Notes: generated from the sequence alone by a model not told the origin. Shown: positions 26,125 through 34,593, counted from the stretch's first letter. The stretch is 34,593 nucleotides of DNA from a virus (IMGVR_UViG_3300026299_000009:1-34593); one strand, 5' to 3'. A program made the numbers and translations.

Positions 26125-26838
26125 ATGCGAGATAAGTCCGTCAGATCAAAGGAAACGAATGAGCGAGTGAGGGCGCTTGTCGAAGCTGCCCTTGAAGACA
26201 AGGGCATTTCCGCTCGGCAGGCGTCCCTGCAGATTGTTGGCCACGATGGCCTCATTCGTGACATCCGCGCCGGAGGGCTGCCGAGTATCGACAAACTTGA
26301 AGCTCTCTTTGATCTGCTGGGGCTCGAGTTCTACTTTGGGCCACCCAGAGATACGGGGCCGATCGAGACTCTCACACTGGACGGCGCCGACTACGCCCAC
26401 GTCCCCCTGCACGACGCTATGCTTGCGGCGGGGGCTGGCGTTTTCAATGGATCAGAGACAGTCGTGGAAACTCTCGCGTTTCGCCGCGAATGGCTACAAC
26501 GTATCGGTGTGTCCGCCTCAACCGCCCGGCTCGCCCGCGTTCAGGGTGACAGCATGCAACCCAGCCTCTGGCACGGCGACATGATCCTGATCGACACCCG
26601 CACCAATGAGCCGCCGGTGCGTGACCGGGACCAACGCGACCAGCGCCGCTCCCCCATCTATGCCCTGATCGATAACGGCGAGGCCCGCGTGAAGCGGATC
26701 GAACGCCCCTCCCCCGATCAGATGCTGCTGATTTCAGACAATACCGATTACCCGCCCGAGCTGCGGCAGGGCACAGATCTCAAGGCCATCACCATCATCG
26801 GCAAGGTGGCCTGGTGGGGTCACACGAACAAGGACTAG
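26125..26838 (+). CDS. CI-like repressor with S24 autopeptidase domain
   Basis: N-terminal HTH, AAGAG cleavage site, GDSMQP and VKR catalytic motifs; start at 26125 is a best guess. Confidence 0.92.
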   Translation: MRDKSVRSKETNERVRALVEAALEDKGISARQASLQIVGHDGLIRDIRAGGLPSIDKLEALFDLLGLEFYFGPPRDTGPIETLTLDGADYAHVPLHDAMLAAGAGVFNGSETVVETLAFRREWLQRIGVSASTARLARVQGDSMQPSLWHGDMILIDTRTNEPPVRDRDQRDQRRSPIYALIDNGEARVKRIERPSPDQMLLISDNTDYPPELRQGTDLKAITIIGKVAWWGHTNKD

Positions 26839-26840
26839 GC

Positions 26841-27785
26841 ATGGCAGGCAGACGCGGTGCAGATACGCGGCGGCGCTGGGCAATCTATTTGAGTGGCCCG
26901 CTTGCAGCGCTGGCCCTCATGCTTTCGGCGAGCGCAGCAACTGCGGAGGTGATCGTCACGCATGAGCTTTTGGAAAAGCGTGACGACCAGCCGTGCAAGG
27001 TGAAGCTACGAACCGATGCTGGCAAGCGCGTTGGCTTCTACCTGTCACGTGACGAGGAGCGGTGGAAAATTGAAGCAGTAATCCTTGCCAACGCTGAAGT
27101 TTATCGGCGCTTTTTTGATGATCAGCGTCTTAGCGATACATTCCGCTTCACGTTCGCGCTCAAAACTGTGACGATTGGTGGCCAGATCCTGAAGCTTCAG
27201 AATGCGCGCTTCCTCGAAGTCTCACCGTCGGGTGTTCATAAAGAAACGTTGGGGTCTTTTGAATTCAAGGAGCTGCACAATGTTGCCAAGGTGCTGGACG
27301 CCATGGCGAAGGACGGATTTGAAATCGACGGTTTGATCAGGCTGGATACCACAGCTTCCGCGCTCGCAAGCTTTCGTTCATGCGCATATGAGACGATAGG
27401 ATTGCAAGAAGGGCAGCATGTAGAGACTGATTTTCGTGCTGAGTTTCGAATGCTGTTCGAGCACACATTTCGGATATGGATCGTGTTCTTGGCCACTGCA
27501 GAACACTGTCAGGCCGCGCAATTTGATGAGGCCGCAGTGAACAACGTGATCCTAAGGGCCTCCCACGCATTCTACCCTGGCCTGTCGAACTGGCGTAAGC
27601 GCGCCTCCTATCGGGACATGCTGAATCGTGACGTGGCGAAAGCGCAGCTTATCGGCGCCTCAGAAGCTCTGAAAGGGTGCTTCCTTGCGCGGCCGCTGGC
27701 TGAGAAAACCCGCATTCCGGTAGACATGGCGATCGAGGAAGCCGAAGTCTGGAATCGATATCCCTTACGATACTGGCCTCGCTGA
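26841..27785 (+). CDS. hypothetical exported protein (314 aa)
   Basis: AAGGA SD, basic n-region, hydrophobic core and ATA-E signal peptidase site; 2 nt after repressor stop. Confidence 0.75.
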   Translation: MAGRRGADTRRRWAIYLSGPLAALALMLSASAATAEVIVTHELLEKRDDQPCKVKLRTDAGKRVGFYLSRDEERWKIEAVILANAEVYRRFFDDQRLSDTFRFTFALKTVTIGGQILKLQNARFLEVSPSGVHKETLGSFEFKELHNVAKVLDAMAKDGFEIDGLIRLDTTASALASFRSCAYETIGLQEGQHVETDFRAEFRMLFEHTFRIWIVFLATAEHCQAAQFDEAAVNNVILRASHAFYPGLSNWRKRASYRDMLNRDVAKAQLIGASEALKGCFLARPLAEKTRIPVDMAIEEAEVWNRYPLRYWPR

Positions 27786-27883
27786 TCCACCACTCAAAGG
27801 AATGATGCACAACTGCATCGCCTCCCTATTGTTACTGGAGGCTCAGCCAAAGCGCGACAAGTCAATATCTGATCTTCAAGAAT

Positions 27884-27898
27884 GTTCACCTTATGTTC
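27884..27898 (+). promoter_or_regulatory. alphaproteobacterial LexA (SOS) box
   Basis: GTTC-ACCTTAT-GTTC = GTTC-N7-GTTC, 27 nt upstream of methylase ATG. Confidence 0.75.
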
Positions 27899-27925
27899 TG
27901 GATGGTGCACCCAAGGAACATGACG

Positions 27926-28753
27926 ATGAACAGCCCTTTAACTCACGTTGAACCCGTCTCTCCCGCCGCCCCCTGGCTGGGCGGCAAGCGCAATCTGGCC
28001 AAGCGGATCTGCGGGATCATCGACCGCACCGCCTGCACCACCTATGCCGAGCCCTTCGTGGGCATGGGCGGGATCTTCCTGCGCCGCGCGACCCGGCCGC
28101 GCTGCGAGGTGATCAATGACAAGGGCCGCGACATCGCCAACCTGTTCCGCATCCTCCAGCGGCATTACCCACAGTTCCTCGACACCCTGCGGTTCCAGCT
28201 GACCACGCGGACCGAGTTCAACCGGCTGGTCGATACCAACCCCGAAACGCTGACCGACCTCGAGCGCGCAGCGCGATTCCTGTATCTGCAGCGCACCGCC
28301 TTCGGCGGCAAGATTTCCGGCCGGAACTTCGGGGTCGTGACGGACCGGCCGGGCCGGTTCAACCTGACCACGCTGGAGCCGATGCTGGAGGATCTGCACA
28401 GCCGCCTGTCCGGCGTGATCATCGAATGCCTGGACTGGGGCGACTTCATCCCTCGCTACGACCGCGAGGGAACGCTGTTCTACCTCGACCCTCCCTACTG
28501 GGGCTGCGAGGGCGATTACGGCAAGGCGCTGTTCAGCCGCGAGGATTTCGGCCGGATGGCGGAGGTTCTGGCGAGGCTGAAAGGCCGGTTCATCCTCTCG
28601 ATCAACGACGTGCCCGAGACCCGCGAGATATTCGGCCGCTTCCATCTGACCAGCGTGACTACCAGCTACACCATCAGCCGCACCGGCAACGACCAGTCCG
28701 GGGCGCGGGCCGAACTGCTGGTGTCGAATTATCCGATTCCAGCCGTGACATGA
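27926..28753 (+). CDS. DNA adenine methyltransferase (Dam/D12 class), orphan
   Basis: WLGGK, YAEPFVGMG, VIND, FYLDPPY motifs; AAGGA SD. Confidence 0.93.
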   Translation: MNSPLTHVEPVSPAAPWLGGKRNLAKRICGIIDRTACTTYAEPFVGMGGIFLRRATRPRCEVINDKGRDIANLFRILQRHYPQFLDTLRFQLTTRTEFNRLVDTNPETLTDLERAARFLYLQRTAFGGKISGRNFGVVTDRPGRFNLTTLEPMLEDLHSRLSGVIIECLDWGDFIPRYDREGTLFYLDPPYWGCEGDYGKALFSREDFGRMAEVLARLKGRFILSINDVPETREIFGRFHLTSVTTSYTISRTGNDQSGARAELLVSNYPIPAVT

Positions 28754-28944
28754 CGCAAAGCCGATGATTCATTGCCTAAATGGGCGGAAAGCAGACTGAC
28801 GGCATTGCAGCCCAGCAGACGCAGCATTCCTAGGAGAGTCGCCATTTGTACGGATCGCAATGAAAAATCTGCTATATGTCACGGACTAGACGGAAGGCGA
28901 CCCAGCGTTTCGGGAATGTGGTCTCAGATGGCGACCAGATTCAT

Positions 28945-29802
28945 TTAATTCGCACCCAGCAATTGGGCCAGTTTCGATGCCGCATCGGCGGCGGCATTCA
29001 ATGCCCTAGAAATACGATCAGGATTTGCGTGAGCCCACGCGGCAGCACTCACAGGGACGCCCCACTTGATCAAGCTGTCGACCCCGAGATCGAGTTTTCT
29101 CCCTATCCAAGATGTTATCGAGAGCGCCAGCTTCCTGAGTTGCGATGCCTGCGCTTGTATGACCTCTGGCGCAGGATCATCTTCACCGACTTCTGCGCGC
29201 AGTGTCTCGACTGCTTTGCGGACAGTTTCAAAGTCAGCAGGGGATAACGGATCGTCCTCAACAAGACCCGGCGGATTGTTGTGATGCCTCGGCGGCAGTG
29301 CTTCTCGATACAGTTGGACCGTATCCTCGACAAGTGCCAGACAAACGAGGAGTTCATGCTTGGCCGCCGCTATATCATTCACCAATGCTGTTGTAGCTGT
29401 CACCGCGATCAGTGGATTTCCGTTCTCATCTGTAAGAACGCGACCGTCTTCAGTTGTGAGATAGCTTTCCCCGCGTTGAAGCTCCGGAATACTTGGCTCA
29501 TCATCTTCTGAAATGAAGATGTCGGGAAATGGCGCGTCCAAGCTATAAATCCCATCGTCCGGTTCTTGGGAATCGAACGCCCATGCACTGACATCACGGG
29601 TGAGATCTTTAGAATTCACTCCTAGTTGTTCTAGCAGTTCTGGATCGCTATCCGCAGCGAAGCGGACTAGATAGCCGTACACCTCGCCATCATCACCTTC
29701 TATTTCCTCAAGGTTCCAAGAGGCAAGCTCTAAACTCTCGACACTTACACCCCAGTGCTGTGCGATCAATCTTGCTTGCTGCTCGTCATGGTCGAAATCC
29801 AT
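28945..29802 (-). CDS. acidic hypothetical protein (285 aa)
   Basis: long ORF in AT-richer DNA, co-oriented 71 nt after the C5 methylase. Confidence 0.8.
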   Translation of the reverse strand: MDFDHDEQQARLIAQHWGVSVESLELASWNLEEIEGDDGEVYGYLVRFAADSDPELLEQLGVNSKDLTRDVSAWAFDSQEPDDGIYSLDAPFPDIFISEDDEPSIPELQRGESYLTTEDGRVLTDENGNPLIAVTATTALVNDIAAAKHELLVCLALVEDTVQLYREALPPRHHNNPPGLVEDDPLSPADFETVRKAVETLRAEVGEDDPAPEVIQAQASQLRKLALSITSWIGRKLDLGVDSLIKWGVPVSAAAWAHANPDRISRALNAAADAASKLAQLLGAN

Positions 29803-29873
29803 CGGTCATCCAAGAAAATCTCTAGTGAGGCAGATTACGCATTTTAGAGCTGCTGGCGACTGGTATGTGGATC

Positions 29874-30953
29874 CTAACTCTTTGACGGAAGAGCCTCTAC
29901 ATGCGCCCGCAACAGCTTGCCAATGTACTCGCCGAGTGGGACTGGTACCGCATTGCCTATCAGGCGTCCGATCTTAGCGAAGCTCGGCCGTTTCCCAAGA
30001 GGAACAAATGAGTAATCGACGGGAAAGCCTTGGAGCATCGCCGCCTCCCGGAGCGTTATCGCCCGGTCCTGTTCGGGATGCCCGAAGCGACCGTTTCCGT
30101 AGCCGAAGCACTGCGTCGTGATGGTAGGACTCGGTTCATCCCACACCATGCGGCCATATACGGCCGGAAACGTTGCGCCCGTACTCCTGCGGTGACAGGC
30201 AGCCCGTAGCTGCTCCGGCCAGTCGCGCCAAGTGCCCCCCGGCTTCGAAGCCCGAATGCGCTTCATGTTGGTAGCGCTCAACTTGCTAGCCACGTGAAGC
30301 GGGTCGTCGGGGTCGGCTTCCCCCGCAGCAATTCGGCGAAGTGAGCCGATCGTCTGCCTGACGGTGGTCGGTTGACGACCTGATTCGTCTGGTTCCAATG
30401 ATATTGGTCCCAGTTTCGATCCGATCAATACGAGCCGCTTTCTTGTCTGTGGAAGACCGACTTGCCGCACATTGATTACCCTGTAGTCCACGTAGTATCC
30501 GGCGAGTGCAGCTAAGAACTCTTGAAAGACCGGTTGGTCAGCCAAGGGGGGGACGTTCTCCATGGTGACGAGGTCCGGCTGCACCGCGTGTACCAACTCC
30601 CCGAATCGTCGTACAAGTCGCCAGTCGTCCTGCTTACCTCGGCCCTTGCGAGTCCCGTCCCCTTGCCGTACGGCGGAGCGCGAATAGGTCGAAAACGGCT
30701 GGCACGGCGCACACCCGGCCATCAACGTCACTTCTCCGCCAGCCATGGCCTTCGCGACCTCGGCAGCGTCAAGACTGTCGACGTCGGCCCTGAGAAACTT
30801 GGCCGCATTGTTGGCAGCGAAAGGATGTTCACATGCTGGGTCAATATCGACGCCGAGGCGCACATTGATGCCTGCGCGCTCCAAACCATGCGTAAGCCCC
30901 CCCGCTCCGCAAAAAAGGTCAACCGCAGCTATTGTCTTAACATTAGTCGTCAT
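29874..30953 (-). CDS. DNA (cytosine-5) methyltransferase
   Basis: DLFCGAGG, APCQPFS, ENVP, PQTRKR, LREAAMLQGFP, IGNAVP motifs. Confidence 0.95.
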   Translation of the reverse strand: MTTNVKTIAAVDLFCGAGGLTHGLERAGINVRLGVDIDPACEHPFAANNAAKFLRADVDSLDAAEVAKAMAGGEVTLMAGCAPCQPFSTYSRSAVRQGDGTRKGRGKQDDWRLVRRFGELVHAVQPDLVTMENVPPLADQPVFQEFLAALAGYYVDYRVINVRQVGLPQTRKRLVLIGSKLGPISLEPDESGRQPTTVRQTIGSLRRIAAGEADPDDPLHVASKLSATNMKRIRASKPGGTWRDWPEQLRAACHRRSTGATFPAVYGRMVWDEPSPTITTQCFGYGNGRFGHPEQDRAITLREAAMLQGFPVDYSFVPLGKRPSFAKIGRLIGNAVPVPLGEYIGKLLRAHVEALPSKS

Positions 30954-31663
30954 GGCGCCGTCTGTTGAAGGAAGCTTCTTCCATCTATATATAGATCGAA
31001 AGACGCGACGACTTCCTTCATATAGGCAATCACAGGATCGCGCAACTCGGCAAGGCGGCTACTGGGGATGTGACGCGCACCGTCCAAGAAGGACTCGTTC
31101 CCGTGCGCCAGCCGGTTGCGCTTGTGCCGAAGGTACTTCATCGGGGGCATATGGTCCTCAAACATGTTTTCACATGCGGCGATGCGGACCGGGTCACTGA
31201 TAGCGAGAGGGCAGGCCAAAGCGGTCGCGAGTTCGACCACTTCTTCGTGCGACCAGTTCCCTGTCTTGCGGCGGATGCTCAACTTCGACAGGGCGGCCCG
31301 GTCGATTGCCTCTTGCACCAAGCCGACGAAACGGGTCTCGGCGTCATGGACCGACAGGTCTCGCGACAGGTTCACGCGTCCCAGCGCCCATTCGCGCAGT
31401 AGTCCGTCGCACCATTCCTTGGGTGAGTGGACGGCCGCAGCTATTGCCACCTCCTCCAGAACCTTCGCCATCACAGCCTCGACAACGTTGTAGAGGTGGA
31501 CAAGGAAGCCACTCTTGAGAATGTTGATCGGCTCGGAGTCTACGGGTGCCGTGTGGGTGCCGGTCCCACGACCAACGGCAGAAGCCTCCAGCTCCGTTAT
31601 GAACTGCAGATGAGTCTCAATTTCAACCATCCTCTCCGAAAGGATTACGCCAAATTCGCTCAC
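30950..31663 (-). CDS. HEPN-domain protein (MAE_28990/MAE_18760-like)
   Basis: ILKSGFLVHLYNVVE and RNRLAHG (RxxxxH) motifs. Confidence 0.88.
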   Translation of the reverse strand: MSEFGVILSERMVEIETHLQFITELEASAVGRGTGTHTAPVDSEPINILKSGFLVHLYNVVEAVMAKVLEEVAIAAAVHSPKEWCDGLLREWALGRVNLSRDLSVHDAETRFVGLVQEAIDRAALSKLSIRRKTGNWSHEEVVELATALACPLAISDPVRIAACENMFEDHMPPMKYLRHKRNRLAHGNESFLDGARHIPSSRLAELRDPVIAYMKEVVASFDLYIDGRSFLQQTAP

Positions 31664-32766
31664 TGCATGAGCCTCTCATAAACAAAACGAATCCTTGCGA
31701 GGAGCTTGGACTTTACATTTGCGGCGTCAGAAGTCGTGACGTCCCCAAATTCCCTCTCATCTACCCATCCAGCAACGTCTGCGGGCAACGTAGTCAGCTG
31801 ACCTCGGTCTCTCAATGCCAACGCGGTACCCACCGCAATTGCCTCGAAGCGAACCCGCGGTATCTGCTTTCCGGTAGCCGTTTTTCGGAAGCCAAACGGG
31901 AAAAGGCGGTCGACCTCGACCAGCATGGCATCGAACTCCCGCCGAAGGCGTGTTAGATATCCGGGGTCATTCCCTGCTAGGCCATTGGCCTCATCTACGA
32001 AGGCCCAAATGTACTCTCGGGGGCGATCCCTCCATCCGGGAAGATCAAAGATCCCATTTTCGCGGGTGAGCTTTTCCAAGTATGTGAAGAAGCGAACGAC
32101 GAGTTCCTCGCGCTCCCTCTCGTTAACCAGATTTGTCGAGACTGGTGTCATGCTGACGAAGCGCTGATCCGTCGAACAGCTCACCACCAGATCCATGAAC
32201 GGGCCAGGCAGGGAGCCTCTCCGGATCTCCGCCTCGTTCAGGTGTGTTCCACCGGTATTGATACGATTGAACATCTCTGTTCGAGCGGCCTCATTAACAA
32301 GGTTATCAAGTATGATGCCGCGGATGGATCGGCTGGAGAGCTTTCTTTGTCGGCTCCTATCTAAGTCAGTGACGCGGAAACCATTCAGTTCGGGTAGCTG
32401 TTGCAGCTTTTGAAGCTGTAAGTCACCGTCGAGAAAACGCACCATTGTTCGGAGCCGCTGCGACCCGTCCACAATTTCAAGTCGACCGTCATCCGCCTGC
32501 CAAAGGAATAAGAAAGGAATTGGAAGCCCCATTAGCAAAGACTCAACAAACCTTGACTGCTTGTCCTCGGGCCAAACCAACTCCCGCTGATATGGAGGAA
32601 CGTAATACTCCTCTTGGCGGACCTTCTCCGCCAAGAATTCAACTGTATACTCGGTGACTAAGTATTTGATAGCCATTTCCAACTTGGCGATCGCCGCTTC
32701 GCCTGCGACTTTCTGCAATTCAGTCGGAGCTATGCGCCTACTTGCCCGCGCCATGCCATCCACCAT
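31660..32766 (-). CDS. DUF262 (GmrSD N-terminal, ParB/Srx fold) protein
   Basis: VPPYQRELVW, IVDGSQRL, FNRINTGG motifs. Confidence 0.92.
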   Translation of the reverse strand: MVDGMARASRRIAPTELQKVAGEAAIAKLEMAIKYLVTEYTVEFLAEKVRQEEYYVPPYQRELVWPEDKQSRFVESLLMGLPIPFLFLWQADDGRLEIVDGSQRLRTMVRFLDGDLQLQKLQQLPELNGFRVTDLDRSRQRKLSSRSIRGIILDNLVNEAARTEMFNRINTGGTHLNEAEIRRGSLPGPFMDLVVSCSTDQRFVSMTPVSTNLVNEREREELVVRFFTYLEKLTRENGIFDLPGWRDRPREYIWAFVDEANGLAGNDPGYLTRLRREFDAMLVEVDRLFPFGFRKTATGKQIPRVRFEAIAVGTALALRDRGQLTTLPADVAGWVDEREFGDVTTSDAANVKSKLLARIRFVYERLMQ

Positions 32767-33550
32767 CGGTCACTTCAATTGGAAATAGGTATCACGGTTA
32801 GCTGGCATGTTGGCAAGCGTGAAGTCAGTAGCACTAGAGGCTCAAGGGACCCCTGAACCTTTCTTACGCATCGCGCCGCCCGGTTTGGCGACCGAAACGC
32901 GCCATTTCGCGCAGGCGCGTGTGGCCAAGCGATCGGTCTCGGCGATGTGGCTACCCTTGTGCTTGCCGTAGGCGAAGGTCAGCACCAGAGGCACCGCTAG
33001 AAGCCTGCTCGCTCACGCCAATATCCGATCATTTGGTTCTTGGCAGACAGGAGCGGCTCGATCAAGCTGCAGCGATGACACACACACTTCACCTCACTTC
33101 GGCATCCGACGGAAAAGTTATTGGAGGCAGAGTATTTCCTCGACAGGTCAATGCGCGTGGACCGATCTCACTTTCAATATGGCTGAATGCGATCTTGACA
33201 GCGCCGCACTGTCGTCAGACGGGCTTTCCTCCCGGCAGATCGATCTCGTGGCGGTACTTGGTTCGCAGAACACAGATGCAGCGGACGGCAGCTTTATCCT
33301 GCATCGCTATCATCGCGGCCTGAACTTTGCTGCGGTGCGAGACAAGTGTCGGCTTCGAGGGATGCGGCCTCGCAGCATTGGCCTAGGCCGAGCAGCGGCT
33401 AAGGGCCGCTTGCGAACGAGGCCAGAGGTCAGCCCTCCGCACACGCTCCGGACAGGTATGCGCAGACATGTGGAGTGGCTCACACCAACGAGCCAACCAC
33501 CTAAGAAATTGGCTACTGCCGTACAGCGGATCCATAGATCAGCAGCTTTT

Positions 33551-33769
33551 CTAAGATTTGCGCAGGCCCGAGGGGGGCGTTCCAGGAGTTCCGCCGAGAA
33601 CCAACAACGCGATGATGGCAACGAATGGTGTCAGCAACAACGCGACAATGACCCAGGCAACGGGCGACCGGCCGCGCTCGGTCGCCATGGACGCCGGTAC
33701 GAAAAAGTAGAGCCAAACATTAAAGATCAGCAGCAGGACCACGATTATACCGCCTGCAAAGCTGTTCAT
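33551..33769 (-). CDS. small two-TM membrane protein
   Basis: 72 aa, GGGAGG SD, two hydrophobic helices flanking MATERGRS. Confidence 0.75.
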   Translation of the reverse strand: MNSFAGGIIVVLLLIFNVWLYFFVPASMATERGRSPVAWVIVALLLTPFVAIIALLVLGGTPGTPPSGLRKS

Positions 33770-33907
33770 GCGGTCTCACCTCCCCTTCGCCTGGATGAAA
33801 GCCCTAGCGCCTGTCACTGGATGCCTTCAAGTGTTTCCGCGCGCCAAGATGCTAACCGGCTGCTTGATCCGTTGAGGCGCCTCCCACTCAGCCAACATTG
33901 CGAAAAA

Positions 33908-34027
33908 TCAGTTGCATGTTCGGGGCGAGGCCTAGCGCAGCCCGGCAGGTCAGCTCGACACAAAATCAAAGACTTAACCGAACATGCAACTGACGACGGA
34001 AACTTGCGGGCCGATTTGCATGTTCGG
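33908..34027. repeat. subterminal repeats with IHF consensus site
   Basis: TCAGTTGCATGTTCGG 33908-33923 and its exact inverse 33978-33993; TTGCATGTTCGG 34016-34027; AATCAA-AGAC-TTA 33964-33976. Confidence 0.75.
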
Positions 34028-34255
34028 ATGGCCAGTTCGGTCGCGATTTCCAGCCGCCAAAGGCTCAAGATGGCAATTTCTCGTCATGAAAACGGGCACT
34101 TAAACGGTCCCTTCTCCGCCGGGCAAAACGCCCGTTTCGGAGATCTAACATAAAGGGGCTTACGCGCTTGCGTTCATAGTTTCCCCGACAGGCAAGCAGC
34201 CGGAGCGAGATCTAAACCTCATAAAACTACCTTGAACCAATGACTTACCAAAGCA

Positions 34256-34280
34256 TCCCACTCCTTCCCGACTGTTCCCA
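34256..34280. repeat. three TCCC(A/G) repeats at 10-bp period, candidate pac site
   Basis: 34256, 34266, 34276; 31-55 bp from the left terminus. Confidence 0.55.
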
Positions 34281-34286
34281 CCTTTG

Positions 34287-34310
34287 TGCAGTTTTCTGTG
34301 TCAACTCACA
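34287..34310 (-). repeat. phage left end (attL)
   Basis: reads inward TGTGAGTTGACACAGAAAACTGCA; imperfect inverted repeat of the right end. Confidence 0.8.
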
Positions 34311-34315
34311 ATGTG

Positions 34316-34389
34316 TGTAGCGTGACGGCAAAAGCTGCAGAGTTTTACAGCAAATCCTGCAGCAGAACGATTTTTTGCCTCTGCCGTCA
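34316..34389 (+). repeat. phage right end (attR) with R1/R2/R3-like transposase sites
   Basis: TGTAGCGTGACGGCAAAAGCTGCAG; second copy TTACAGCAAATCCTGCAG 22 bp further; inverted TGACGGCA at 34382-34389. Confidence 0.8.
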
Positions 34390-34423
34390 AAGGGCGCTGC
34401 AAAGCCCCGGTTAACGCCAGCCC

Positions 34424-34593
34424 TCAAATCGCCAGGCCTGCCATCGCCGCGCCGACCTCCTCAAGTGTCGTCGCGGCGTCGATTGCGGCGCGGGTGGTGA
34501 GGCGGAGGGCCTCCAGATCGGCGGCGGTGCTGCGCCAGAGGGTGGCGAGGTTGAGCCAGATCTGGGCGAGGCTGGCGCCATCGGGGGCGGTGA
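34424..34593 (-). CDS. 3' end of a probable tail-fibre-associated protein (partial; absent from ORF track)
   Basis: TAPDGASLAQIWLNLATLWRSTAADLEALRLTTRAAIDAATTLEEVGAAMAGLAI-stop; IDAATTLEEV resembles tail fibre assembly/DUF4376-like ends; phage-like GC. Confidence 0.65.
   Translation of the reverse strand, partial: TAPDGASLAQIWLNLATLWRSTAADLEALRLTTRAAIDAATTLEEVGAAMAGLAI

Larger units (their letters stand above)
1..34310 (-). mobile_element. Mu-like transposable phage genome (siphovirus-type tail), from left end at 34310 to tape measure; continues beyond the window
   Basis: Mu-type gene order (repressor, ner, A, B, gemA, activator, lysis, gp25-29, F, G, I, capsid, gp36, gp37, tail), DDE transposase, TGT terminus at 34310, no sheath gene between neck and tube. 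Confidence 0.95.

Noticed and set aside
32800..33540. ORFs 32919-33323 and 33179-34153 and a possible frameshifted remnant from about 33075
   Set aside because: No motifs; the longer ORF is antisense to the membrane gene and crosses end repeats; cannot support a gene or pseudogene
28945..33769. Treating the defence block as host DNA outside the prophage
   Set aside because: No TG/CA end with repeats found near the repressor or methylase, whereas matching termini occur at 34310/34316
1..34593. CRISPR array, rRNA, IS element, invertase or reverse transcriptase
   Set aside because: No regularly spaced repeats or diagnostic motifs seen by eye

Overview
GC-rich (Rhodobacteraceae-like, by inference) transposable Mu-like phage with a non-contractile tail, read mainly on the minus strand. 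From right to left: left end, an accessory block of about 8 kb (membrane protein, DUF262/HEPN/C5-methylase operon, LexA-boxed Dam-family methylase, exported protein), CI/Ner switch, early genes (ParB-like, transposase A and B, DUF3164, GemA), Mor/C-type activator, lysis genes, terminase, portal, MuF, gpG, an inserted ABC-ATPase/TOPRIM gene, protease/scaffold, capsid, neck, tail tube, frameshifted tail chaperone and the start of the tape measure. Main observations: (1) a tRNA-like cloverleaf with an aberrant anticodon arm and its own candidate promoter lies antisense to, and overlaps the stop codon of, a MuF gene carrying a nuclease-like C-terminal extension and no immunity ORF, suggesting a toxin/tRNA-mimic RNA pair; (2) the left and right phage ends are joined head-to-tail across exactly 5 bp, implying a circular or tandem form; (3) a palindromic late-activator site occurs three times, once reversed inside the early operon; (4) two candidate anti-phage defence loci are carried as cargo. 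All family assignments come from motif recognition and synteny by eye; no searches were run.
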